Of a DNA stretch of 64,000 bases, positions 40,426 to 50,646 are shown one piece after another (position 1 is the first letter of the stretch; each line of letters starts with the position of its first letter). Source of the DNA: Alcanivoracaceae bacterium (lineage in GTDB: Bacteria; Pseudomonadota; Gammaproteobacteria; Pseudomonadales; Alcanivoracaceae); contig JARGPN010000006.1 of the NCBI GenBank assembly GCA_029213045.1, positions 168,123 to 232,122 of the forward strand. The letters run 5' to 3'. Both the position numbers and the translations under genes were made by a program. The notes below the pieces were generated by a model that was given only the letters and a program-made list of their open reading frames with translations, was not told where the DNA came from and searched no databases.

Positions 40426-41184
40426 ATGGCCAAAACATGGGTGTTGTTAAGAGGTTTGATCCGTGAGAGTCGCCACTGGGAGGGCTTTCCCGATGCATTT
40501 AGGCAGCATTTTCCCGGCGATCAGGTTGTCACAATCGACCTGCCTGGGAATGGCGCCAAGTTCCAAGAGCGCAGTCCTCTGCATATTGACGATATGGTCG
40601 CCTGTTTGCGAGACGAGCTAAGCAAACAAGGCCTGCAGCCGCCATTTCACGTGGTGGCGCTGTCATTAGGCGCGATGACAGCGATTAGCTGGCTTAATGA
40701 TTATCCTAACGAAGTCTCTGCTGCGGTCCTGATAAATACCTCTGTTGCCCGTTTTAGTGCTTTTTGGCAGCGCTTGAGACCAGAAAATTATGGCGTCATT
40801 TTACAGACGCTGCTGACATCTGACCGATTGCGTCGCGAGAAGAATATTCTTGATATCAGTACCAATTTAATTAGTGAGCAGAAAAAAGAAGAGGTCAGTC
40901 AGCGCTGGGCTGGCTACGCTGCGTCACATGGCGTAACGCGCGCTAATTCAATTCGACAGGTCATTGCTGCGGCGCGATTCAAGGCGCCAAAGGTTTTGTC
41001 GAGCCGCGTTCCTGTGCTGGTGTTAAACGGAGGAGGGGATCGGCTCGTGCACCCCGATTGCTCCAGCATTATTGCGGAGAAATGGAACTTGCCCATACAA
41101 ATACATCCCACAGCAGGTCATGACCTGACAATGGATGATGGCCCGTGGGCCTTGGACAAAATTTTCGGGTGGGTTTCGCCTTAA
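40426..41184 (+). CDS. alpha/beta-fold hydrolase
   Basis: LLRGLIRESRHW, a nucleophile elbow-like ALSLGA and a C-terminal His (AGHDL). I prefer the ATG at 40426. Confidence 0.68.
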   Translation: MAKTWVLLRGLIRESRHWEGFPDAFRQHFPGDQVVTIDLPGNGAKFQERSPLHIDDMVACLRDELSKQGLQPPFHVVALSLGAMTAISWLNDYPNEVSAAVLINTSVARFSAFWQRLRPENYGVILQTLLTSDRLRREKNILDISTNLISEQKKEEVSQRWAGYAASHGVTRANSIRQVIAAARFKAPKVLSSRVPVLVLNGGGDRLVHPDCSSIIAEKWNLPIQIHPTAGHDLTMDDGPWALDKIFGWVSP

Positions 41185-41223
41185 AGACGTAACAAAAAGG
41201 ACCGAGCTAAGAAATGGCAAGCA

Positions 41224-41258
41224 TAAAAAACGGCAACATTTTAAGTTGCCGTTTTTGT
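41224..41258. terminator. bidirectional rho-independent terminator
   Basis: AAAAAACGGCAAC-atttta-AGTTGCCGTTTTTG lies between convergent genes. Confidence 0.7.
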
Positions 41259-41274
41259 TTTCTAGTGCGGTTGA

Positions 41275-43404
41275 TTACGGTGTTGCGGGTTCGGAGCGCA
41301 CAACCTGTTTCGCTATTAACAGCTCAATCAAATCACCCATTACTTCTCCCGACTCCTTTAAATAAGGATCAGGATCGCTAGACTCTTCGCCGCTTTGTAG
41401 CTTGGCGATACGTTCTTCTTCAATTTCCTGTAACTCGTGGTATTCCTTAATGGGCTTTTCGCCACGGGATTTGCGTAGCGCATTTTCAGTGGCTAAGCGT
41501 CGCGCCTCCCAGGCGCGCTGCTGTTTCTCCCGCTTAGCCTGATTCAAAGACAGTGTGGTTCGAGCTTGATCTTCTTCAAGCATCGTCATTTGCGCTCGGA
41601 CATAGTCGAACTCAGGATCTTTCGCTAGACGTTTAAGATGAGAGGTACGCAGAGACTCCACGTACGGAGACATATCCGCGCTCAGCGAATAACGTGCCGG
41701 TGCAATTTGATCCCAAGGGAGAGCATTTGGCAAAGCGCTCTCGCCGATTTCCTTTTTGTTGATCAGGTAGGGCATGGAGATATCAGGAATAATCCCTTTA
41801 TTTTGATTGCTACCGCCCGACACGCGATAAAATTTAGCTTGGGTGATTTTTAACTGGCCGTGATCTAGTGGGATCAATGTTTGCACGGTGCCCTTGCCAA
41901 AGGTTTCGTCACCAAGAATTAACGCGCGCCCATAATCTTGCATAGCGCCGGCAAAAATTTCGGATGCGGAGGCGCTAAGGTGATTCACCAAAACGGACAT
42001 GGGGCCGAAATATAGCATTCCAGGATATTGATCGGGCTCCATCTGTACGCGGCCTCTAGCGTCACGTACTTGAACGGTAGGACCGCGATCAATAAACAGC
42101 GATACTAATTGAGTGGCTTCCTGAAGTGAGCCGCCGCCATTGTCGCGCAAATCGATAACTAGCCCGTCAATACCTTTCTCCTGCAGCTCCATTAATAGCC
42201 GCGCAACGTCACGGGTGGTGCTGGTGTAATCTGGGTCGCCGCGATGGTACGCATCAAAATCCAAATAGAAGGCAGGAATATCGATCACGCCAATTTTTAA
42301 TTCGCGATCATTTTCCTTCACATTAATGATTTTGCTTTTTGCTGCTTGGTCTTCTAATACAACGCGATTGCGATCAATGGCGATAGTGCGAATGCGGTGC
42401 TCGTTCGCACTGCCTGCGGGAATTACCTCAAGGCGAACCCGAGTGCCTTTAGGGCCTCGAATTAAATTGACCACTTCATCGAGTCGCCAACCAATAATAT
42501 TCACCATTTCGTCGTCGCCCTGAGCGACACCGACAATGCGATCCGATGGTTTTAATTGGCCATTTTTAGCAGCGGGGCCGCCGGGAACAAGACGCACTAC
42601 CTTGGTGTACTCATCCTCAGCTTGAAGTACCGCACCAATGCCTTCCAGCGAGCGACTCATGCTGATGTTAAAGTTTTCAGAGCTGTGCGGCGTAAAATAA
42701 CTAGTGTGGGGATCGTACGTCTGCGCGAGTGCGTTCACATAGAGCTGGAACACATCTTCCGATGTGCTTTGATCTAGACGTTTAAGCTGGCTGCTATAGC
42801 GCTGGTTTAAACGCTTTTCAATTTCTTCATCCGTTTCTTTGTCGAGACGCATAGCGATAACGGCGTCTTCTAAGCGTTTGCGCCAAATGGTATTGCTGTC
42901 TTCGATGTCTTTTGCCCAAGGCGCATTACGACGATCAATCAACAAACTTTCATCATCGGATAAATTTAATTCGCCAACGCCTTTATCAAGCAGGCTGAGC
43001 ATGTATTCTACGCGCTCGCGCACACGCTGACGGTACAAGTTGAATATCGTATAGCCTGCCGTTAGATCGCCGTCATCAAGTTGATCGTCGATGGTGGTGC
43101 GGTACGGCGCAAAGGATTGAACGTCGCTCGCAAGGAAATACATGCGATTGCCGTCAAGATCTTTTAAGTACTGATCCAGTACGGACGAGGCGAGCGCATC
43201 GTTAATATCCACTTGCCGATAGTGGTTGCTAAGGCGCGCGATGATTGTCTCAATGGTTTTTTGATGTATCGCTTCGGGCGCCAATAGGCCTTCAGGGGCG
43301 GACGCCTGAGTATTAGTGCATGAAGTGCAAGCGAGTACCGTCGTGAATAAACCCGCTGAGACAATCGCCAGCACGGTGACTGGCAGTTTATATTTAAATT
43401 TCAA
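41275..43404 (-). CDS. prc: tail-specific (C-terminal processing) protease
   Basis: PDZ plus S41 peptidase core (SASASEIFAGAMQDYGRA, GKGTVQ) and a C-terminal extension. I prefer the TTG at 43404, which follows AGGAAGGAAG and directly precedes the signal peptide. The ORF-track ATG is at 43506. Confidence 0.88.
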   Translation of the reverse strand: MKFKYKLPVTVLAIVSAGLFTTVLACTSCTNTQASAPEGLLAPEAIHQKTIETIIARLSNHYRQVDINDALASSVLDQYLKDLDGNRMYFLASDVQSFAPYRTTIDDQLDDGDLTAGYTIFNLYRQRVRERVEYMLSLLDKGVGELNLSDDESLLIDRRNAPWAKDIEDSNTIWRKRLEDAVIAMRLDKETDEEIEKRLNQRYSSQLKRLDQSTSEDVFQLYVNALAQTYDPHTSYFTPHSSENFNISMSRSLEGIGAVLQAEDEYTKVVRLVPGGPAAKNGQLKPSDRIVGVAQGDDEMVNIIGWRLDEVVNLIRGPKGTRVRLEVIPAGSANEHRIRTIAIDRNRVVLEDQAAKSKIINVKENDRELKIGVIDIPAFYLDFDAYHRGDPDYTSTTRDVARLLMELQEKGIDGLVIDLRDNGGGSLQEATQLVSLFIDRGPTVQVRDARGRVQMEPDQYPGMLYFGPMSVLVNHLSASASEIFAGAMQDYGRALILGDETFGKGTVQTLIPLDHGQLKITQAKFYRVSGGSNQNKGIIPDISMPYLINKKEIGESALPNALPWDQIAPARYSLSADMSPYVESLRTSHLKRLAKDPEFDYVRAQMTMLEEDQARTTLSLNQAKREKQQRAWEARRLATENALRKSRGEKPIKEYHELQEIEEERIAKLQSGEESSDPDPYLKESGEVMGDLIELLIAKQVVRSEPATP

Positions 43405-43543
43405 GTCTGCTTCCTTCCTAAATTTTCGCAGGACAGAGCCGGAGTATATCGGAGATGACCTGAATTTAATGTATTGGTTCAGTGACTTAGTGATCAATAA
43501 TGCCACAGGCGTCTGCCCGCCGACTGAATGCTAGGAAAAATCG

Positions 43544-44767
43544 ATGAATAGCCTTTTTATTGGGTTCTTGTTGCTATCCATTTTGGTGGCATTGGGTAAA
43601 TTGCTAATTGGGGACGTTGAAGCACTGGGTACATTGGTTCAAGCCATGTTTTCGGCTGCTGATTTGGCCGTCGAGGTAAGCCTCGGTCTGATAGGCGTTC
43701 TAACCCTGTGGAGCGGTTTCTTTGCGTTGGCCCAGCGCAGCGGTATGGCTGAGCGCCTATCCCATCGCTTGACCCCAATTCTGCTGCGCTTAATGCCAGA
43801 TTTAAGCACTAATCGGGCTGCGCTAGGCCCTGTCACCTTGAACCTGTCTGCCAACATGCTCGGTTTGGACAACGCCGCCACACCACTGGGCCTGAAGGCT
43901 ATGGAGGCGATGCAGGAGAGCAATCCGGATAAAGGCACCGCGACAAACAGCCAGATCATGTTTTTGGTGCTCAATACATCGTCGGTGACGTTGCTCCCGA
44001 TCACTGTATTCATGTATCGCGCCCAGCAGGGGGCCGCTGACCCAGCATCGATCTATGCGCCGATGCTTATGGCGACGACGGCCTCTACATTTGTCGGAAT
44101 TTGGCTAACAGCTAGAATTCAGGGCATTTCGTTGCGAAATCCCGTGATTTTGACCATCGCTGGGCTTTGGTTGTGTCTTCTAGGCCTGCTTGCTTGGGCC
44201 GTTACTGCGATGCCTGCGAGCTCTGCAGCGGCGCTCTCGTCGGGGCTCGGCAACGGCCTACTGTTGATAACGGTGGCCGCGTTTTTACTCGCAGGGTGGC
44301 GCGCAAACATTGATGTTTATCAAACCTTTATTGACGGCGCCAAGGAGGGCTTTGGCACGGCGGTGAAGTTGATTCCTTACTTAGTCGCCATGCTTGTAGC
44401 CATTGCGATGCTCAGGGCCGCGGGGGCGCTGGATTTGCTGCTAGACGGCATTCGTCATGCAGTAAGGTGGCTTGGTTTGGATGGACGGTTCGTTGACGCC
44501 TTGCCGGTGGCCTTTCTTAAGCCGCTAACGGGCAGCGGTTCCCGCGCCATGATGCTCGAAGTGATGCAAACACATGGGGTTGATTCACTAGCTGGACGGA
44601 TGGCTGCCGTGATGCAAGGCAGCACAGAAACAACGTTTTATGTGTTGGCGGTATATTTTGGTAGTGTTGGGATTACCAATTTGCGCTACGCATTGTTGTG
44701 CGGGCTAGCGGCGGATGCGGCCGGTTTAATTGTCGCGGTGCTAGCAACCTACCTGTTTTTCGGTTAA
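43544..44767 (+). CDS. nucleoside-recognition (Gate) domain membrane protein, SpmA/SpmB-like fusion
   Basis: 407-aa polytopic protein. The N-terminal half is SpmA-like (NMLGLDNAATPLGLKAM) and the C-terminal half is SpmB-like. Confidence 0.6.
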   Translation: MNSLFIGFLLLSILVALGKLLIGDVEALGTLVQAMFSAADLAVEVSLGLIGVLTLWSGFFALAQRSGMAERLSHRLTPILLRLMPDLSTNRAALGPVTLNLSANMLGLDNAATPLGLKAMEAMQESNPDKGTATNSQIMFLVLNTSSVTLLPITVFMYRAQQGAADPASIYAPMLMATTASTFVGIWLTARIQGISLRNPVILTIAGLWLCLLGLLAWAVTAMPASSAAALSSGLGNGLLLITVAAFLLAGWRANIDVYQTFIDGAKEGFGTAVKLIPYLVAMLVAIAMLRAAGALDLLLDGIRHAVRWLGLDGRFVDALPVAFLKPLTGSGSRAMMLEVMQTHGVDSLAGRMAAVMQGSTETTFYVLAVYFGSVGITNLRYALLCGLAADAAGLIVAVLATYLFFG

Positions 44768-44836
44768 TTATTAAAAGCTTATAACAAGCCTGACCGCCAA
44801 CTTGGCGCTTCGGCATACTTAGGGAACTGGGGAAGC

Positions 44837-47800
44837 ATGAATCAACGTGCTCATATTCGGCATCAAATAACGATGCCTGCCGCTGTGTCGTTCACAGATT
44901 TTGCACTGAACAATTGTCAGGTTCAGGACTTTTGTCTGGGCGGTATGATGCTACTGATACCCAGCGACGACGCGCAGTTCCTTGCGGCGATATCGGCAGG
45001 TGACTTCATAAAAATTGACCTTCAGGTGCAGGGCTTGCGAGGCATGCGTGCCGTTTCGTTGAACGCCAAGGTTATGCGCAAAGAAGGGTCAAGCATTGGC
45101 GTTTCATTCGAGTCGCCAAATTCTACCGATTTGTTAGCTGTGCAAAATCATGTCCGCGCACTGCGAGATGCGGATACGACAAGCATTGCCGACAATAAAA
45201 AAAACCGTTTATCAAAACAGAAAACGCAGCAAGCTGCCGACGCATTAATGGAAGTGCTGCGGCGTTTCACAATTAAACGCTTAGAGAAATTTTTACCTTC
45301 CGCCAAAGAGGCGTTGGTGCTCGCAGCTGAGAAAGTAACAAACAACCAAGAACAGCATCCATTTTTTGAAGCCAGCAAAGTGCTTGGCCAGCAGGGTGAA
45401 ACGCTATCAAGAAACTTTGTTACTAATGCGTGTAAAAAGCTTGAGGAGCTTAGCCACGGTATCGTCAGCGGTAATGACGATAGCGCTGGGGACAGCTCAA
45501 ACAGCCGATTATCTCTTGTCGATAAAGAAATGTTTGAGGATTGGCTAACGTTAAAAGTGATGGCGACGCGGGCAGAAGGGCTATTTCACGACGAATTGTT
45601 GCATTTGCAATTACGCATGGATGAACTCTTCAATATTGCATTAAGCGCGCGTAAAAATCCGTTGCACCCCGTAGTGATATGTAATGCATTTGGGGAATCG
45701 TTACGCCTATTACCGCTAAAGCAGAAGACAGACAAAGTTATTCTGGCGACGTTTGAAAGTGAAATTATTGGTTCTCTTGGCGAACTTTATGCTGAGGCTA
45801 ATCAACGGCTTGCCCAAGCGGGCGTTCTGCCAGATTTAGATGTGGGTCGTTATCTCAGCGAGAACTACAGTCAAAAGCCAAAACAGGATGCGTCCAACGC
45901 TAATCCCGCTGAACCGCCAATGACGAATGACGCGCCAAGCGTAACGGGCGCGAACGCTTCTACGCCTCAGAGGACGAACATCGCTCACAGCGCACAGCAG
46001 ACACCGCAGGGGGCAATTCACTCTGAACCGGAAAATGATGTTGCAGGCGCTACTGGCGCGTCTTCAGGTAGTGAAGTAGCGGCAAATACTGAAGCTCGGA
46101 ATGACAGCGGGCCTGCGTCTCAAAATGATTCGATTTCACCGCGAGCACCTGAAGCCCGACCACTGCAAAGCGCAAAAAGAAACTCACCAGCGCCGACACT
46201 CGCAGCCCGACAGTTCGCGCTACAGCAACATATCGCTCGCCACGCGTACGATACGGTTAAAAAATTGCTCAGTCAGAGCTCCATGGAAGAAGCGCGCATT
46301 CGTTCAGCGCAGGGGTTGCCTGATATTCCTCTGGCAAAAGATGAGCATGTAGTCGAAGCCTTATCGTCATTACAGCGCTCCCTTGATGTGCAATCAGCGG
46401 ACTCTCCGTTGGCTGAGCGCGTTTCAGCCGCGATTAATGAAGGTGGATCGCCAGAAGATACGCTGCAGGTGAATCATGAAGTGCAAGCGGCTATTGATGT
46501 CATTCATCATTTGTTTGAAGGCATTATTGCAAATCCCGCACTAAGCGGTCGTGTGCAAGAATCCATTAAGCGGTTAGAAGTGCCATTTTTGCGTTTATTA
46601 TTAGTCGATGATTCCTTTTTAACGCAAGAAGCTCATCCAGCACGTCAAATGCTTAATCGGATGGCGCGACTAGGTGTTCGTGGCAGCGCTAATTTGGCCG
46701 CCCATGAGCAGGAAATTGATCAAGAAGTTGAAGACGTACTGCAAGGCTTCGATAACGATATCAACGTCTTCTCTAGCTCCCTCGAAAAACTCGATAAAAT
46801 GGCGAACCGTCAGCAATCGTTGTACATGCGCAATATCAAACGCGTTACGGAATCCTACGAGGGCAAACAAAAAATCGTACTGGCTAGACGGGAAGTCAAT
46901 CAGGCGCTGGAGCGTCGCATTGGCGGCAAAGAGGTGCCTAAGGCCGCTCTGAGCTTAATCGATGCCGGCTGGCGTCAATTATTAGTACAAGGCTTGTTAA
47001 GACACGGCCGCGACAGCCGTGAATGGCATAGTTATTTAGGCGTTATTGATCAAATGATCAAAGCCGTCGAGAAAGTGCCAAGTCAGGAGCAGCTTTCTGA
47101 ACTATTAGCCATGATAAAGAATGGACTGGGCCAGGTTGACCACACGCAAATGCAGAACGCGCGTTTGATTTCTGAGCTGCGTGATTTGCTTTCACAAAAA
47201 GCGCGAGCGGAAACAGCGCCTGCGATGGTCAACGTGCCTGCCGGCGTCGTTGGCGCAGAAGACGATGAGGTCGTTGCCAGCGATGAGGTCTCTGCACGCT
47301 GGATCAAGCGGGCTCAGCGTTACGAAGTGGGCGACTGGTTCAGTAACTTCGACAATGGTCAAGAAACCACGGTTCGACTCGCTTGGACAGATACAGACAA
47401 ACGTACGTACGTATTTGTGAATCACCAAGGCATGAAAATTGTCGAGCTGCGCGTCGATGACTTTGCCGAAAAATTATCGCGCGGTGAAATTAAGCCGGTC
47501 GATAATCTTGACGCACCTGCTGTTGATCGTGGCTTAGAAAACATGGTGCAGCGTGTCTACAATCAAATGGCGCACCAAGCAACACATGACGATCTTACAG
47601 GCCTGTTCAATCGTCGCGAATTTGAACGGCTGCTAAAACAGCGTTTGTCTGCGCACGAAAACTCCGCGAGCTTGCTGCACATCGATATTGACCAATTTAA
47701 AGTTGTTAATACGTACGGTGGACCAGAAGCTGGCGATGATATGATTCAAGAAATGGCCAAGTTGGTTGCTGAGTCATTTCCTGGGAACTTAATTGCCCGC

Positions 47801-48856
47801 TTAAGCGGTGATGAATTTGCCGTTTGGCTGGAAAACATTCCACCCGAGGCGGCGCAACGTATCGCTGAAACATTTGGTCGCCGTGTCGATGATGAGCGCT
47901 TTATTTGTGCGGGCAATCCGTATTCCATCACCGTAAGTATCGGTGCTGCTGCACGCCAAGGTTCTGAAAGTACCGCGCCAGAATTAATGCGTAGCGCGAG
48001 TAGCGCCTGTCAGATCGCAAAAGAATCTGGGCGAAATCGGGTGCAGCGTTATTCGCCGGACGATAAAGATCAGGTCAAACGCGACGATGTAATGGCATGG
48101 GTTGCGCGGTTAAATGATGCCATCGACAACGATCGCTTGTTGTTGCGTTGCCAGCGCATAGAATCCACCGTGGAAGGGGAACAATTACCTGCCTACGAAG
48201 TATTGATTTCCATTGCCAGCGAGGACGGAGAGATATTGGCTCCATCTGAATTTTTGCATGCGGCTGAGCGCTATAATCGCATGCACGCGCTAGATCGTTG
48301 GGTTGTATCAAATGTGTTGCGCTGGATGCACGGTAACCCGCAAGTAGTGGATCAGCTAGACCATCTTTCTATAAATTTATCTGGGCATTCGTTAAATGAT
48401 TCAAGCTTGCTTGAATTTTTATTCGAGCATTTTCAGCGCTATCCGGTGCCGCGTGAACGCATCTGTTTTGAGGTGACGGAGACAGCGGCAATTGCCAACT
48501 TGGAAGACGCGGCTGACTTTATTCGCGAGCTTCAAGGGTTGGGTTGCCGGTTCTCACTGGACGATTTTGGCTCTGGCCTTGCGTCATACGGTCACCTAAA
48601 ACACTTGCCCGTGGATTACATCAAAATTGACGGTAGTTTTATTCGAGATGTGGCAGATGACCCAGCTGATTTAGCCTTGGTGAGTTCGATCAATGAAATG
48701 GGTCACTTGATGGGCAAGCGCACCATCGCTGAATATGTTGAGAATGATCGTATTCGCGATTGCATGCGCACAATCGGCGTTGACTATGTCCAAGGATACG
48801 GGGTTGAAAAGCCTCGCCCGTTGGACAGCCTTGCCACACAAACTGAGTCGATTTAG
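44837..48856 (+). CDS. multidomain c-di-GMP protein: PilZ-like, DUF1631-like region, GGDEF (SGDEF) and EAL (EVL)
   Basis: 1339 aa. N-terminal RAHIR...DFCLGG, a central region with an HPARQMLN motif, GGDEF domain (DDLTGLFNRREF...RLSGDEFAVW) and EAL domain (YEVLISI, EVTE, DDFGSGLAS, KIDG, AEYVE, QGY). Confidence 0.85.
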   Translation: MNQRAHIRHQITMPAAVSFTDFALNNCQVQDFCLGGMMLLIPSDDAQFLAAISAGDFIKIDLQVQGLRGMRAVSLNAKVMRKEGSSIGVSFESPNSTDLLAVQNHVRALRDADTTSIADNKKNRLSKQKTQQAADALMEVLRRFTIKRLEKFLPSAKEALVLAAEKVTNNQEQHPFFEASKVLGQQGETLSRNFVTNACKKLEELSHGIVSGNDDSAGDSSNSRLSLVDKEMFEDWLTLKVMATRAEGLFHDELLHLQLRMDELFNIALSARKNPLHPVVICNAFGESLRLLPLKQKTDKVILATFESEIIGSLGELYAEANQRLAQAGVLPDLDVGRYLSENYSQKPKQDASNANPAEPPMTNDAPSVTGANASTPQRTNIAHSAQQTPQGAIHSEPENDVAGATGASSGSEVAANTEARNDSGPASQNDSISPRAPEARPLQSAKRNSPAPTLAARQFALQQHIARHAYDTVKKLLSQSSMEEARIRSAQGLPDIPLAKDEHVVEALSSLQRSLDVQSADSPLAERVSAAINEGGSPEDTLQVNHEVQAAIDVIHHLFEGIIANPALSGRVQESIKRLEVPFLRLLLVDDSFLTQEAHPARQMLNRMARLGVRGSANLAAHEQEIDQEVEDVLQGFDNDINVFSSSLEKLDKMANRQQSLYMRNIKRVTESYEGKQKIVLARREVNQALERRIGGKEVPKAALSLIDAGWRQLLVQGLLRHGRDSREWHSYLGVIDQMIKAVEKVPSQEQLSELLAMIKNGLGQVDHTQMQNARLISELRDLLSQKARAETAPAMVNVPAGVVGAEDDEVVASDEVSARWIKRAQRYEVGDWFSNFDNGQETTVRLAWTDTDKRTYVFVNHQGMKIVELRVDDFAEKLSRGEIKPVDNLDAPAVDRGLENMVQRVYNQMAHQATHDDLTGLFNRREFERLLKQRLSAHENSASLLHIDIDQFKVVNTYGGPEAGDDMIQEMAKLVAESFPGNLIARLSGDEFAVWLENIPPEAAQRIAETFGRRVDDERFICAGNPYSITVSIGAAARQGSESTAPELMRSASSACQIAKESGRNRVQRYSPDDKDQVKRDDVMAWVARLNDAIDNDRLLLRCQRIESTVEGEQLPAYEVLISIASEDGEILAPSEFLHAAERYNRMHALDRWVVSNVLRWMHGNPQVVDQLDHLSINLSGHSLNDSSLLEFLFEHFQRYPVPRERICFEVTETAAIANLEDAADFIRELQGLGCRFSLDDFGSGLASYGHLKHLPVDYIKIDGSFIRDVADDPADLALVSSINEMGHLMGKRTIAEYVENDRIRDCMRTIGVDYVQGYGVEKPRPLDSLATQTESI

Positions 48857-48889
48857 TCCAGCAACCGCGAATAAAAGATAAAGCGTGTT

Positions 48890-49507
48890 TTAAGAAAGTA
48901 TGCGCCTAAACGTCATATTTATTCGCGGTTGCGTAATACGCTTACGCTGCGGCACACAATGCTGCCAGCCCTGTTGAACTGCCGGAGACATCAGCAACAG
49001 CTGGTTGTGTTTTAGTTCTATTTGTTCTTCGGTTCTTGTCTTGCCCTGTTTGCGCAACGCAAACGTCCGCTCGGAGCCTAAATTAAATGAGGCGATCCAA
49101 GGGCTATCACCTAACTCTGCTTCATCGTCCGAATGCCATCCCATCTTGTCCGCGCCGTCTCGATAAAGGTTTATCAGGGTGGCGTTGAAAGTGCGCTGGC
49201 ATGCCGCTGAAATCTGTTCTCTTAATATTTGCACAGACGGATGCCACTCCTGAGGCATCAGCAACAAACCTGAATAGCGATACTTCGCGTCAGGGTCACC
49301 CATCCAATATTGCAAACGCGGAATAGGGTGCTCGCGGCCAAAAACATTCACACGCGGGCGCTGCCATTCAATTTGATTGAGTAGGGCGCCAAACAGTGCG
49401 TCCGCGGCTTCATCGCGCAGAAAATCATTCCATAGCGTCAGAACAGCGCCATTCCCCAAATCAATTTTACTTGTAGAACTGCGAAAGATGGTTTCCATAG
49501 GGCGCAT
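48890..49507 (-). CDS. AlkB-family Fe(II)/2-oxoglutarate dioxygenase
   Basis: 205 aa with NLYRDGADKMGWHSDDE (HxD), WQHCVP and RINMTFR. Confidence 0.8.
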   Translation of the reverse strand: MRPMETIFRSSTSKIDLGNGAVLTLWNDFLRDEAADALFGALLNQIEWQRPRVNVFGREHPIPRLQYWMGDPDAKYRYSGLLLMPQEWHPSVQILREQISAACQRTFNATLINLYRDGADKMGWHSDDEAELGDSPWIASFNLGSERTFALRKQGKTRTEEQIELKHNQLLLMSPAVQQGWQHCVPQRKRITQPRINMTFRRILS

Positions 49508-49676
49508 TCTATCAACATCTAGAGACTGTTATATTTATCTTTCATGATGGCGCATCATTGACGATTACGCAGTGAGGCAGTGCGCCTCGACACGGGTTAA
49601 CACTTGCATCGAAAGATGGCTGTCATCTATTAGCCATCTATGCGCCCATCTACGTACCGCAGGCAGGGAGAACAGA

Positions 49677-50627
49677 ATGCTTTACACCTTTGATATTCGC
49701 CGTGGTCTTCTGTGTGAACAGGATTTTGAGCCTGGCAATGCCGAAGGCCTGCCAGACTGTCGCTGGTTTGACCTCGTGGATGCCGAAGATGTAGAGCGTG
49801 AGCAAGTACAGCATATGCTGACCGGTACCTTGCCCGACAGCGACGACGTTGATGAGATCGAAGCGTCCGCGCGTTTCTTTACCGACGAGCAAGGTTTGCA
49901 TATTCACTCCCTCTTTCTGTATCAAAGTGAAGGGCGGCACCGTACGACCACCGTCGCGTTTATTCTTCAGCCAGAACGTTTAATAACGCTGCGGGATACG
50001 GAAATTCCAGATTTTCGTTTAATGCGTATGCGCATTCGTCGCGGGCGCGTCATGGCGGAAGAGCCGCAGGATATTCTGTTAAGCGTACTGGAGCAGAAAG
50101 TCGAGAATCTTGCCGACCAACTCGAAGACGTGCATCGTCAGTTAGAGGACGTCAGCTTTATGGTGCTTGAGGAGGAAAATGCAGAAATGGAATCCGGTAT
50201 TGAAAAGCTGGCCAAGCTAGAGGATTCCAGTGGAAAAATTAGGCTCTGCTTAATGGATACCCAGCGATCTATCTCGTTTATTCAGCGTCATATGCGAGCC
50301 GATACAGAACGCCGTGCGCAGTGTATGGAAATGCATCATGACATTGACACGCTAATGTCCCACACCACGTTCTTGTTTGATAAAATTAACTTCTTAATGG
50401 ATGCCGCGCAGGGGTTCATTAATATTGAACAAAACCAAATCATTAAAATATTCTCAATCGCTGCCGTCGTATTCCTGCCGCCCACATTGGTGGCGAGTTT
50501 GTACGGCATGAACTTTCGCATCATGCCTGAATTGCAGTGGCAGTATGGTTATCCGATGGCGATAGTATTGATGTTTTTAGCGGGTCTTGCGCCGTACGTT
50601 TACTTCAAACGAAAAGGGTGGCTGTAA
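49677..50627 (+). CDS. CorA/ZntB-family divalent metal ion transporter
   Basis: YGMNF signature, two C-terminal TM segments and an acidic N-terminal cytoplasmic domain. I prefer the ATG at 49677 (AGGGAG Shine-Dalgarno sequence) over 49572. Confidence 0.8.
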   Translation: MLYTFDIRRGLLCEQDFEPGNAEGLPDCRWFDLVDAEDVEREQVQHMLTGTLPDSDDVDEIEASARFFTDEQGLHIHSLFLYQSEGRHRTTTVAFILQPERLITLRDTEIPDFRLMRMRIRRGRVMAEEPQDILLSVLEQKVENLADQLEDVHRQLEDVSFMVLEEENAEMESGIEKLAKLEDSSGKIRLCLMDTQRSISFIQRHMRADTERRAQCMEMHHDIDTLMSHTTFLFDKINFLMDAAQGFINIEQNQIIKIFSIAAVVFLPPTLVASLYGMNFRIMPELQWQYGYPMAIVLMFLAGLAPYVYFKRKGWL

Positions 50628-50646
50628 ACGACCTCGGCGCAAATGC

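Noticed and set aside
45880-46200. A low-complexity Ser/Ala/Asn/Pro-rich stretch as a possible tandem repeat or contingency locus.
   Set aside because: I found no exact nucleotide repeat unit. It reads as a disordered interdomain linker in the large c-di-GMP protein.
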